From contig NZ_LSUQ01000003.1 of assembly GCF_001642725.1 (NCBI RefSeq), positions 62,001 through 126,000 of the forward strand: DNA of 64,000 nucleotides, read 5' to 3'. Position numbers and translations under genes: made by a program. The first letter of the stretch is position 1; each line of letters begins with the position of its first letter. This DNA comes from Ferroacidibacillus organovorans (lineage in GTDB: Bacteria; Bacillota; Bacilli; Alicyclobacillales; SLC66). Of this stretch, positions 9,343 through 17,956 are shown piece after piece. A model generated the notes under the pieces. It was not told the origin of the DNA and ran no database searches. It was given only the letters and a program-made list of their open reading frames with translations.

Positions 9343-12300
9343 GGCCACACTCACTCTCGATACGCGGGTTGCACAGCTTTCGCGAGAAACAGGTGATCGA
9401 TTTTGACGCGCTCACAGAGGCTGGCATGTTCGGGATTTTTGGGCCGACCGGGAGCGGAAAATCATCGATTCTCGACGCGCTGACCCTCGCGCTTTATGGA
9501 AAGATTGAGCGTGCGGGTTCGTCGATTCAAGGCATCGTTCACCAAATGGAAAAACAGATGGAAGTGAATTTCACGTTTTCCATCGGCCGCGCGAGTGACC
9601 AAAAAACCTATCTGGTCGAGCGACTCTATCAGGTGCAAGCGAGCGGCAACGTTCAACTCCACACGTGTCGCCTTTTTGGTTTGGAAAAAGCGGAGGATGG
9701 ACACGTCGGCAAGCTTCCGCTCGCAGAGGGGCGCACCGCGGTTGATGCGCAAGTGCAGCATATTCTTGGGCTGTCGATGCATGATTTTACACGGGCGGTC
9801 GTTCTCCCACAAGGAAAATTCGCGGAATTCCTCCAACTCAAAGGCAGAGAGCGCAATGAGATGACGGAGCGGCTGTTTGGCCTTGAACGGTTTGGTCGAA
9901 ACCTCTTTGATCTGACGAGAGTGCATCTTGGTGAAGAGCAAAACACGTTGGCGCAGCATCAGGCAGCGCAGGCAGAACTCGCGGACGCCACGGCAGAAGC
10001 GGTTGCGGTGGCACAAAAGGAGCGAGTGGACGCCCGCACGACGTTTGATCTGTGCGATGTCGCGTATCGCGAAGCGTGTGTCGCATACGAAAAGGCGCGT
10101 GAACAGTGGCAACTGCAGACGGATTATGCGCAGGCGCGCCGACAGGCTGAGAAACATGAGACGATGGAGAAGTCGATCGATGAATTGCGCGCGACGCTCG
10201 AGAATAGTCGACGCGCAGAGACGATCTGGCCATTGGTGGAAGCGCAAAGCGCAACACGTCAAAGGCAGGATGAGGAAGCGAAGCGATTTGCTGATGGGGA
10301 GCTTCATGAACGGTCGGCGCGTCAGCAGCGCGACGTTTTGGGCCACGCTTTGGAGGAGGCGCGGCTTAAACGTCTGGCCGATGAACCTGAGTGCCTAAAG
10401 CAGCTCGGAGCGCTCGAAGCGGGACGTATAAAAGAAGAAGAGCGTGAAAGCGAAGTGAATCGTCTCGCGCTGTTGCAGAATTTGCGCGCGCACGCATTGC
10501 AAGAGGCAGGGGATGTTCGCGCGCAGGTGCAGGCGCAAGACGAGGCGTGGCAGCGGGATCGGGAGCGCGCAAAGGCGTGCGATGCACAGGAGTTGGCGCA
10601 CCACGTAACCCGCGAGCGCCGCATAGCTGTAGAGCGTGCGGACCGCGCATTTGAGCGCTGGTCTGCGACATCTGCGGCGCTTATGGATGCGATAGAGCAA
10701 CGAGAGCGTGGACAAGCGTACGCTGCGCTTGCCGAGACGGAGTACGAGAAGGAAGAGCGTGCGCGGCAAAAGGTTTTGTTGGAAGTGGAAGCGCTTTTGC
10801 GGCGATTGAATGCGCTACAGGAGAATCTTGCGGAGGAGATTGACGAGCGCGAGATCGAGTTGTGGATCGCTTCCCTGCGCATGAATGGAGAACAACTGCG
10901 CGACGCGGAGGAGCGCTTTGGCGAGGCGCAAAAGCGTGTGCGTCTTCTCGAAGAACAACGCATACAGGTCGTGACTGTTGAGGAATGCACCGCGCGCGAG
11001 GCAGAGCGCGCACGCGCTCTTTACGAAGAGGCGCAGATTGAAAGCACGCAGAGCGCACACGCGGACCGTCGCGCAGTTTTTTCGCAAGCGGCACAGACGC
11101 TGCGCGCCGGGGAACCGTGTCCGGTGTGTGGTTCGCTTCATCACCCCCAGTTAGCGACGAGTGACGAACTCAGGCGAGGGGATGATGAACACGCGAGATG
11201 GGCGGCTGCGCGGACATCTGAGCTTGCTGCGCGCGCGGCATACGAACGCACACGTGACACACATGATCAGGCGCGCCTTGCGATGAATACGGTTGCGGCA
11301 GAAATAAAACTGGTCGCGGCGCACGAAGCGGACTGCGCGCGCGGATGGGAGGAGGCGTGGCGGCGGCTTACAACGTGCTTTGAAGACGGCCGCTCAAACG
11401 CTCATTTTCATCAGGATCTGTTGCGTGCGTTTGCAGGTGGAATTAAAAAGCGCGCCATTGATTTTTTTCGCGACTACGAAACACTTGTGGGAATCTATGA
11501 GGGCATGTGTGAAAAGCGAGTGCACACGCAAAAGGACTTGCGAGACCTGCAAGCTGTGCGAGAAACGCATCAAGAAGCGCTGCGCCAATTCGCCACACGC
11601 TTGGCGACATTGCAAGAGAGACTGTCGCTTGCCAAGACGCGCGTAGAGGAGTTGTCTTTGCGACAGGCAGAAGCGGAGCGCGAGCAGGCAGATGCAGCAA
11701 AACAGTGGGAGTTTTCGGTGCAATCTTTTGACGTACATGTGACACAGGACGTAGCGATGACTGCGGAGTGGATGGAGCGCTTGCGTAAAAGGCTACTGGA
11801 TGATGAGCAACGCTCTGAAAAAGCGCGCCTTGAAGCGGCGGAACTGCGCGCTGGAAACGAGGCGCGTCAGGTGACGCTCGATGCGCTGAGAAAGGAGCTG
11901 GCACTGCGAGAAGCGGCGTGCGAGAGCGCGACAAGCGAAGGTGTCGGCGTAGCGCAACGTGTGGCAAAGCTTGAGCGTGAACTGATCGAACTCACAGGCG
12001 GAATCCCCATCGCCGAGAAAATAGGCGAAGTAAACGCGTTGCTCGCGGCGCTTCGCGAACAGGAAGAGGCCACGCTCCACCGCTTTACGGCAGCGAGCGA
12101 GGCGGCGCAGGCGGCGCAGCGTGCACGCGAGGCGCTTGCGGTTAGACTGAGTCTGGCGAAAGACGATGCGCGCCGCGCGTCGTCTGCATTGGCTGAAGGA
12201 CTAAGAGATATTGGGTTTTGCGATGAGGAGCAGGTGCGGCAGGCGAGACGAACACCGCGCGAGCGCGCGGCGTGGGAGGCAGAAATTCGCACATTTGAGG

Positions 12301-13043
12301 ATGAACGCCTACGCTTGCGTTCGATCGTGGCGGAACTCGCCGCGCAGATGGGAAAAACGATCGTCTCAGAGCAGGCGTGGCAAGAGATCTGCTCGGCGCG
12401 CGACGAAGCGCAGACACGCTTTGAGAACGCGCGGCAAATGAGGATCGAAAAAGAGATCCAGGAGCGCGACACGCTTGTGCGGCATCAGCGCTTTGCGGAA
12501 CTGGATGCGCTGCGCAAAGAGGCGCAGGCGCGCGTGCAGCAATTGGAGTCGCTCAAAGCGCTTTTAACGGGGAATCGGTTTGTTGAGTACATGGCGCGCG
12601 AACAGATGAAACAGGTTGCGGCAGTCGCCACGCAGCGACTGTCCGTACTTACGCGTGGTCGCTATGGGCTTGAACTGGAAGGCGACGGCAGCTTTGTGAT
12701 GCGCGATGATCATCACGGGGGGATGCGGCGCGCTGTCTCCACGCTTTCGGGTGGAGAAACCTTTCTTACTTCGCTGGCGCTGGCGCTTTCGCTCTCTGCG
12801 CAGATTCAACTGCGCGGTCGCCATCCGCTGGAATTTTTCTTTCTCGATGAAGGATTTGGCACGCTTGATCAAGAGCGACTCGACACCGTCATCTCAGCGC
12901 TTGAGCGTCTACACATGGATGAGATGTTCATCGGTCTGATCAGTCACGTCCCCGAGTTGCGCGACCGCATGGTGCGAAGACTGATTGTGACACCAGCTGA
13001 ACCAGCAGGTCGCGGTACGCGCGTGACGCTTGAACGGGCGTAG
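9339..13043 (+). CDS. sbcC: Nuclease SbcCD subunit C (SMC-like ATPase)
   Basis: GPTGSGKS, LPQGKF Q-loop, long coiled coil, CPVC zinc hook, LSGGE, FLDEGFGTLD. Confidence 0.93.
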   Translation: MRPHSLSIRGLHSFREKQVIDFDALTEAGMFGIFGPTGSGKSSILDALTLALYGKIERAGSSIQGIVHQMEKQMEVNFTFSIGRASDQKTYLVERLYQVQASGNVQLHTCRLFGLEKAEDGHVGKLPLAEGRTAVDAQVQHILGLSMHDFTRAVVLPQGKFAEFLQLKGRERNEMTERLFGLERFGRNLFDLTRVHLGEEQNTLAQHQAAQAELADATAEAVAVAQKERVDARTTFDLCDVAYREACVAYEKAREQWQLQTDYAQARRQAEKHETMEKSIDELRATLENSRRAETIWPLVEAQSATRQRQDEEAKRFADGELHERSARQQRDVLGHALEEARLKRLADEPECLKQLGALEAGRIKEEERESEVNRLALLQNLRAHALQEAGDVRAQVQAQDEAWQRDRERAKACDAQELAHHVTRERRIAVERADRAFERWSATSAALMDAIEQRERGQAYAALAETEYEKEERARQKVLLEVEALLRRLNALQENLAEEIDEREIELWIASLRMNGEQLRDAEERFGEAQKRVRLLEEQRIQVVTVEECTAREAERARALYEEAQIESTQSAHADRRAVFSQAAQTLRAGEPCPVCGSLHHPQLATSDELRRGDDEHARWAAARTSELAARAAYERTRDTHDQARLAMNTVAAEIKLVAAHEADCARGWEEAWRRLTTCFEDGRSNAHFHQDLLRAFAGGIKKRAIDFFRDYETLVGIYEGMCEKRVHTQKDLRDLQAVRETHQEALRQFATRLATLQERLSLAKTRVEELSLRQAEAEREQADAAKQWEFSVQSFDVHVTQDVAMTAEWMERLRKRLLDDEQRSEKARLEAAELRAGNEARQVTLDALRKELALREAACESATSEGVGVAQRVAKLERELIELTGGIPIAEKIGEVNALLAALREQEEATLHRFTAASEAAQAAQRAREALAVRLSLAKDDARRASSALAEGLRDIGFCDEEQVRQARRTPRERAAWEAEIRTFEDERLRLRSIVAELAAQMGKTIVSEQAWQEICSARDEAQTRFENARQMRIEKEIQERDTLVRHQRFAELDALRKEAQARVQQLESLKALLTGNRFVEYMAREQMKQVAAVATQRLSVLTRGRYGLELEGDGSFVMRDDHHGGMRRAVSTLSGGETFLTSLALALSLSAQIQLRGRHPLEFFFLDEGFGTLDQERLDTVISALERLHMDEMFIGLISHVPELRDRMVRRLIVTPAEPAGRGTRVTLERA

Positions 13044-13062
13044 AGCCTGCGCGTCGCAGATG

Positions 13063-13099
13063 CTTTTCATCTCCTTTTCATGTTGCCGTTCCATACTCT
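13063..13099 (+). promoter_or_regulatory. Putative response-regulator-activated promoter: tandem CTTTTCAT boxes with 11-bp period and a -10-like TACTCT
   Basis: CTTTTCAT at 13063 and 13074, TACTCT at 13094; OmpR-family regulators bind 10-11 bp period direct repeats in the -35 region. Confidence 0.5.
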
Positions 13100-13132
13100 G
13101 GGTGTGAGGCAGAAATGAAAGGGGATCTTGAG

Positions 13133-14065
13133 ATGAATAAGAAACGTGTAACGCGTACGATTGCAGCGGTTGGTTTTGCAGGCAGCCTGTTTGGATTGAT
13201 GACCACGGGCGCATTTGCGCAGGAGACAAGCGCCACAAGTTCATTCCAAGCTCGCTATGCACACAATGTTCAAGTGGAAAATACGCTTTTAGCAAAGGCG
13301 CAAGCCGCGATGCCGGGCGGCACTACGTCAACGTACGCAGCTTCGGTTCAATCAATCAACGCGCAGAGCGCGGCGCTCTATAGCGCGTATCAGACGCTTC
13401 TCGCAACGCGCACGGCGATTCCCAAGGCGCCGACCATCAAAACGAATCGCGAACATATGTTGCAAGAGCGAAACCATCTCGAACTCGTGATTAACCAGGA
13501 CAAAAATCACTACAATTACGATCAACACCATCACGCGCGGATCGCAGCGCGGGTTACCGCGAATGATCTTCACCTCGCGCTGTTGCAATTGAATTCTGTG
13601 AATTATCAGTTGGAACATAGGGATACGGCCAGCTCGACGTGGAATGTGCATCCGCTTGACAATGGTGTCACAGCGCTTGAGCAGTCTATTCTTGATTTGC
13701 AAATGTCGGCCATGCACTACACGAATGTGTGGATCGGTCAAGAGCACGCAGCCGCGAGTTCTACTGTACCGGCGAGTGTCTATGGCCTGGCGTACCAATC
13801 GTCAACCGTGACGCTCCCGGCTGTGGGCGCGCCGACGGTGGTTGACGCTGTCGCAGCGCAACCTGTGGTTAAAACGCAGACCGGCGCTGTTCTTCAGAAT
13901 CAGGGCGTATACTCCCTCAGTGGTCCGACGGGCGCGACGGGCGTATCCATTGAGAGCGCAAACGGCACACTCCTGGTTGCACCTGGTGCGACGGCCGGAC
14001 TGTACACGGTGACGTATACGCAGCAAGGCGTCTCTGAAACGGTGCAAGTGAACGTGGCTCCGTAA
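13133..14065 (+). CDS. Unknown secreted protein: His-rich helical domain plus C-terminal Ig-like beta domain
   Basis: Signal peptide ending AFA; helical Q/N/A-rich N-terminus with 12 His; C-terminus YSLSG...GVSIESANGTLLVAPGATAGLYTVTYT. Confidence 0.75.
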   Translation: MNKKRVTRTIAAVGFAGSLFGLMTTGAFAQETSATSSFQARYAHNVQVENTLLAKAQAAMPGGTTSTYAASVQSINAQSAALYSAYQTLLATRTAIPKAPTIKTNREHMLQERNHLELVINQDKNHYNYDQHHHARIAARVTANDLHLALLQLNSVNYQLEHRDTASSTWNVHPLDNGVTALEQSILDLQMSAMHYTNVWIGQEHAAASSTVPASVYGLAYQSSTVTLPAVGAPTVVDAVAAQPVVKTQTGAVLQNQGVYSLSGPTGATGVSIESANGTLLVAPGATAGLYTVTYTQQGVSETVQVNVAP

Positions 14066-14113
14066 GGCGGCAGAAATAGCACATCTTGATAGAGAGCATT
14101 CCATTCTGCTTGA

Positions 14114-14155
14114 CGAGCGCGGTCTTCCTCCCCGTCGACCGCGCTCTTTTCTTTT
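14114..14155 (+). terminator. Intrinsic terminator
   Basis: GAGCGCGGTC...GACCGCGCTC followed by TTTTCTTTT. Confidence 0.7.
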
Positions 14156-14233
14156 GGGCTCTTGATCATTACGTCTGTACGATGCAAACTTGATAGAATA
14201 GAATAGGATAGAATGGTGTGAGGAGGGAGCGCG

Positions 14234-14863
14234 TTGAGGCGAGTATTCTCGGCCCTCATCTTGACTGCGATTCTCCTTATTGGAGGTATAGCGCCAGAGA
14301 TTGCGCAGGCAAAAGATTTGAATGCGGCGTTTCTCGCTCGCTATGAACAAAATGCGCAATTGGAAGCGGTTCTACTTGGCCGTTTACAAGCGGTGCAAAA
14401 CCTTGTGCTGAAATCCCCGAAGATGCAAATTCTTGAAACGCGCGTAAACGATTTGAATGTACAGGCAGCTCAACTCTTTACGGTACAGCAGTATTTGGAA
14501 GGCAACGGATCTGCGTCAGGGTTACAGCAATCACTCGTGACACGGCTGAAGGCGCAAAGCTTTTCGTGGCGAACCCTTCACGCGCAAATGGTATTCGCAT
14601 GGGATCATCTCGGTCGCGGAAAGCGATTTTCAGAGGCGCGCATGCTTGATCGCGCGGCGATCGATTTTGACGCTCAAGCGATCAAAAGGATGGTTGATTT
14701 GCAACATCGGTGTGCGTATCTTTTCTCTCACCACCACGCAGACAAAATGATGGGCTTTCTTGAACATGCGATTGATTCACTGCAACACCAAGCGATCACT
14801 GTGACACAACAAGAAATTCGTCTCACGGAGACGCTTCAGGGGTCTGTTCTTAAAAGGGGTTAA
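14234..14863 (+). CDS. Unknown secreted helical protein, paralog of the N-terminal domain of 13133..14065
   Basis: TTG start after GGAGGGAG; signal peptide ending AQA; shares FxARYxxNxQxExxLL and other blocks with the upstream protein; ends 4 bp before the response regulator. Confidence 0.72.
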   Translation: MRRVFSALILTAILLIGGIAPEIAQAKDLNAAFLARYEQNAQLEAVLLGRLQAVQNLVLKSPKMQILETRVNDLNVQAAQLFTVQQYLEGNGSASGLQQSLVTRLKAQSFSWRTLHAQMVFAWDHLGRGKRFSEARMLDRAAIDFDAQAIKRMVDLQHRCAYLFSHHHADKMMGFLEHAIDSLQHQAITVTQQEIRLTETLQGSVLKRG

Positions 14864-14867
14864 GTAG

Positions 14868-15563
14868 ATGCGCTTTTTGCTCATCGATGATGAAGAGAAT
14901 CTCGTGAACGCGTTGCGCGCTGTTTTGCGTGAAAAACAGTATGTTTGCGATGTGGCGCTGGATGGAGAAGAAGGACTTGATCTCGCGCGGGCAGGCATCT
15001 ACGATCTGTTGATCGTCGATGTCATGTTGCCGCGTCTTTCTGGCTTTGAACTGGTGAAGACACTGCGCGAAGACGGAGATAAAACGCCGATCTTACTTTT
15101 GACAGCGCGCGCCGCAGAGGATGATCGCGTGACGGGTCTCGACTGCGGGGCGGATGACTATCTCATCAAACCGTTTGGCGTGAATGAACTCATGGCGCGC
15201 ATTCGCGCGCTTACCCGTCGCGTGGGAGAGCTGCGGGGAACGGATCAGATCGCAGTGGGTGATTATTCTCTTGATCTCATTCAACGCCGCGTGGCGTTTC
15301 GGGGTGATTTTCTCGAATTGACACAGCGTGAGTTTCAATTGATGGAGCTTTTTATGCGCAATGCTGGGCGTGTTCTCGCAAAAGACACGCTCTTTGATCG
15401 CGTGTGGGGATTTGACAATGATGTGGATAGCAACGTCGTGGAGGCGTATGTCCATATTTTGCGAAAGAAGCTCGACGCCCAGCGCAAGCGCTTGGCAGGC
15501 GAGAATGTGGGAACAACGATTCAAACCGTTCGCGGCATGGGCTATTTATTCAAGGGGATGTAA
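14868..15563 (+). CDS. OmpR/PhoB-family response regulator
   Basis: LIDDE, phospho-Asp in VDVMLP, GADDYLIKPF, wHTH ending IQTVRGMGY. Confidence 0.93.
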   Translation: MRFLLIDDEENLVNALRAVLREKQYVCDVALDGEEGLDLARAGIYDLLIVDVMLPRLSGFELVKTLREDGDKTPILLLTARAAEDDRVTGLDCGADDYLIKPFGVNELMARIRALTRRVGELRGTDQIAVGDYSLDLIQRRVAFRGDFLELTQREFQLMELFMRNAGRVLAKDTLFDRVWGFDNDVDSNVVEAYVHILRKKLDAQRKRLAGENVGTTIQTVRGMGYLFKGM

Positions 15564-15566
15564 TTC

Positions 15567-17072
15567 ATGTTTCAGACCATTCGCATTCGATTGACGGCGA
15601 TGCTGGTCTTGCTCTATCTCATCCTTTATCTGGTGAGCTCTACCGTGATCTACGCGTTGACAGCCAATCTCTCGATCGGGAATTTGGATGCGATTTTGAA
15701 AGAGACGGCGGACCCACTCGCCGCACAGATTGCCGCGACGCTTGATCACGGGTATTTTCCTGAGCAGTTTGTTTCGCTTACCAAAACCGCGTCCATGTAT
15801 CCAAAAGTAACCTCGCTTGTGTTGCGTGACGCGACAGGGGGGATCCTTGCGTCGACGAATCCTACGATTACGAAAGGGTTTGCGTTTGCGGCTACACGTT
15901 CTGCTTCCTATACGTCTCAATACAATACGATAACGGATGGCTATTTTCGCATCTATACCGTTCGGCTGACGACACTTTATCACCAAACTTCTGGCTATTT
16001 GCAGGTTGCACTCGATATGAACTCGATCCAGGGAGCGCTCATGACACTGCGGCGTGTTCTCTTTTTCGTTGGCGCTGCGGGATTTTTTCTTGCGTCGGTT
16101 TCAGGATTCATCATGTCGCGCATCTTTCTTCGCCCAGCGGTGCGCTCTTTTGAACAACAGCAACGTTTTGTGGCTGACGCATCCCACGAATTGCGAACGC
16201 CGATTGCAACACTCCAGCTGCATTTGGAAATGATCAAAGCGCGACAGGATGAACCTATGATTCGCCATCGGGTGTGGATCGACGGTATGGAGCGGGAAGT
16301 TGAGCGTTTGACGCGACTGACGAACCACCTGCTGCTGCTCGCGCGCTCGGATGCAAAACGCGTGATGGCACAGCCGATGAAACTGAATGTGCTAGAACTC
16401 GTGGACGAGATGTGGAATGCTTTTCTTCTCGCGGCAACCGCCAAAGGGCTTTCTCTTGAGATGCAACCGACCCTCGATGAGATGTATGGTGGGATTGAGA
16501 ATGAGAATGAGAATGAGAATGAGGATGAGGATGAGGATGAGGATGAGGATGAGGATGAGGATGAGGATGAGGATGAGGATGAGGATGAGGATGAGGATGA
16601 GGATGAGGATGAGGATGAGGATGAGGATGACGTAGCGAAGGCGATGTCAGCGTATCAGATTCAGGCTGATCCGGAGCGCCTGGAGCAAGTGTTGACGATT
16701 CTGCTCGATAACGCGATTAAATATACAACGCACGGGACTGTGCGGATTTCAATTGAGCGAGAGAGGCACTGGATGGTCATCGCGATTTGCGATACAGGCA
16801 TCGGCATTCGCAAAGAGCAGCAACCGTTTGTGTTTGACCGATTTTTTCGCGCAGATCAGGCGCGCTCTGGCAGCGCGTCGGGGGCAGGGCTTGGATTATC
16901 CATCGCGCATGAAATCGTGCGCGAGCACGGCGGTTGGCTCACGATGAAGAGCGAGCACGGCGTGGGTACGACCTTTTATGTCGCGCTGCCGATTACACAG
17001 CGTGCAAAAAGTAGTTTCAGGAGAGTTCCGCGGCGGGTGTTTGAACTTGATCATCGTGGAAGGAGCATGTGA
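15567..17072 (+). CDS. Sensor histidine kinase with an in-frame poly-(Glu-Asn/Glu-Asp) insertion
   Basis: 2 TM, H-box ASHELRTP, N-box ILLDNAIKY, G1 DTGIG, F-box FDRFFR, G2 GAGLGL. Confidence 0.92.
   Translation: MFQTIRIRLTAMLVLLYLILYLVSSTVIYALTANLSIGNLDAILKETADPLAAQIAATLDHGYFPEQFVSLTKTASMYPKVTSLVLRDATGGILASTNPTITKGFAFAATRSASYTSQYNTITDGYFRIYTVRLTTLYHQTSGYLQVALDMNSIQGALMTLRRVLFFVGAAGFFLASVSGFIMSRIFLRPAVRSFEQQQRFVADASHELRTPIATLQLHLEMIKARQDEPMIRHRVWIDGMEREVERLTRLTNHLLLLARSDAKRVMAQPMKLNVLELVDEMWNAFLLAATAKGLSLEMQPTLDEMYGGIENENENENEDEDEDEDEDEDEDEDEDEDEDEDEDEDEDEDEDEDDVAKAMSAYQIQADPERLEQVLTILLDNAIKYTTHGTVRISIERERHWMVIAICDTGIGIRKEQQPFVFDRFFRADQARSGSASGAGLGLSIAHEIVREHGGWLTMKSEHGVGTTFYVALPITQRAKSSFRRVPRRVFELDHRGRSM
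16497..16628 (+). repeat. Hexanucleotide tandem repeat (GAGAAT)4(GAGGAT)18 inside the kinase gene
   Basis: Counted directly: 22 units, 132 bp, in frame. Confidence 0.97.
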
Positions 17073-17115
17073 TGATGAGAACGCGTCAAGAGTGAGTGAT
17101 TTCCAATTGGATCCA

Positions 17116-17144
17116 TTGCATTTGTAGCTCAAGTCGGATAAAAT
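17116..17144 (+). promoter_or_regulatory. SigA-type promoter upstream of the riboswitch
   Basis: TTGCAT-N17-TAAAAT. Confidence 0.5.
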
Positions 17145-17182
17145 AATTGCAGAGAGGTAAAGCTCTCTGCTTACAATTGAAA

Positions 17183-17310
17183 ATCACACGCTTAATTTCG
17201 ATGCAGATCGGAAGCGGGGGAACCAATCTTTTGGGGTGTATCTGGCTTGCGCCAGACGGAGAGCTCTTTCTCCCAACCCGACAGCTAACCTCGTCAGCGG
17301 AAAGAGAGGT
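17183..17310 (+). ncRNA. c-di-AMP (ydaO/yuaA) riboswitch
   Basis: Hallmark blocks CGCTTAAT...AGCGGGGGAACCA...TTTTGGGGTG...AACCCGACAGCTAACCTCGTCAGCG; downstream terminator CCGTGATGAG-CTCGTCACGG-TATTTTT at about 17352-17380. Confidence 0.9.
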
Positions 17311-17411
17311 GACAGGTTATGTCCTATACCTTCACGCTTCATTTCGCGCTTCCGTGATGAGTCTCGTCACGGTATTTTTGTGCGCAAAATTGAAAAACGG
17401 GAGTGACTGAC

Positions 17412-17906
17412 ATGGATTTTGAATTTCGCCAAAGCTTAGTTAACGGAATTGAGTCTCAAGAAACATCTTCGGAGACGTGTTTGTGTCCTATCATTACTCA
17501 TGAAGTGGCGATGTACTGTAATACATTGCATGATGACTCTTCAAAAATGACAATGCAGGCAAAAAGCATCGAAGAGATTCCGCAGATTGCACGTAGCATT
17601 GTCGCCGGGGTGCTCGACAGTCGCGTGCCGCTACACACATTTGCGATTTCGGAGTTGACACGTGGAATGCTTCACGGCCTTATGGCGGTGGGACACGACA
17701 TTTCTTTTATCGCCCCTAAAGCGATGCGCGCATTGCGAGAGGCGCTCGAAGCATTATCCATGTCTGGAAAACAGAGTGAAATTGCCTTGCGAAAAGGGCT
17801 TCAGCAAACACTGATGGATCTCGGGATGAGGCGTGTGGATGAAGATCCGTCGATTGAGCTTCAGAAATACTTCAAAGATCAGCATATCCGATTTGGGATC
17901 GCGTAA
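17412..17906 (+). CDS. Hypothetical cytoplasmic protein downstream of the c-di-AMP riboswitch
   Basis: GGGAGTGA RBS, about 164-aa ORF, followed by a terminator; no family recognised. Confidence 0.7.
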   Translation: MDFEFRQSLVNGIESQETSSETCLCPIITHEVAMYCNTLHDDSSKMTMQAKSIEEIPQIARSIVAGVLDSRVPLHTFAISELTRGMLHGLMAVGHDISFIAPKAMRALREALEALSMSGKQSEIALRKGLQQTLMDLGMRRVDEDPSIELQKYFKDQHIRFGIA

Positions 17907-17936
17907 AAAAAGGCCGACACCTGTCGGCCTTTTTTT
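17905..17936. terminator. Bidirectional intrinsic terminator
   Basis: AAAAAAAGGCCGAC-acct-GTCGGCCTTTTTTT between convergent genes. Confidence 0.85.
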
Positions 17937-17956
17937 ATTGGGGCGAGATGCCCCCA

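Noticed and set aside
9462..12472. Several long minus-strand ORFs (up to 294 aa)
   Set aside because: Antisense shadows of the GC-rich sbcC coding sequence.
8083..13043. SbcCD as a novel anti-phage SMC/nuclease system
   Set aside because: Canonical sbcD-sbcC order, sizes and motifs with no accessory defence genes; ordinary DNA repair.
16417..16635. 72-aa poly-(Met-Arg) ORF
   Set aside because: Alternative-frame reading of the hexamer repeat inside the kinase gene.
17147..17410. 87-aa ORF
   Set aside because: Runs through the c-di-AMP riboswitch and its terminator; better explained as a non-coding leader.
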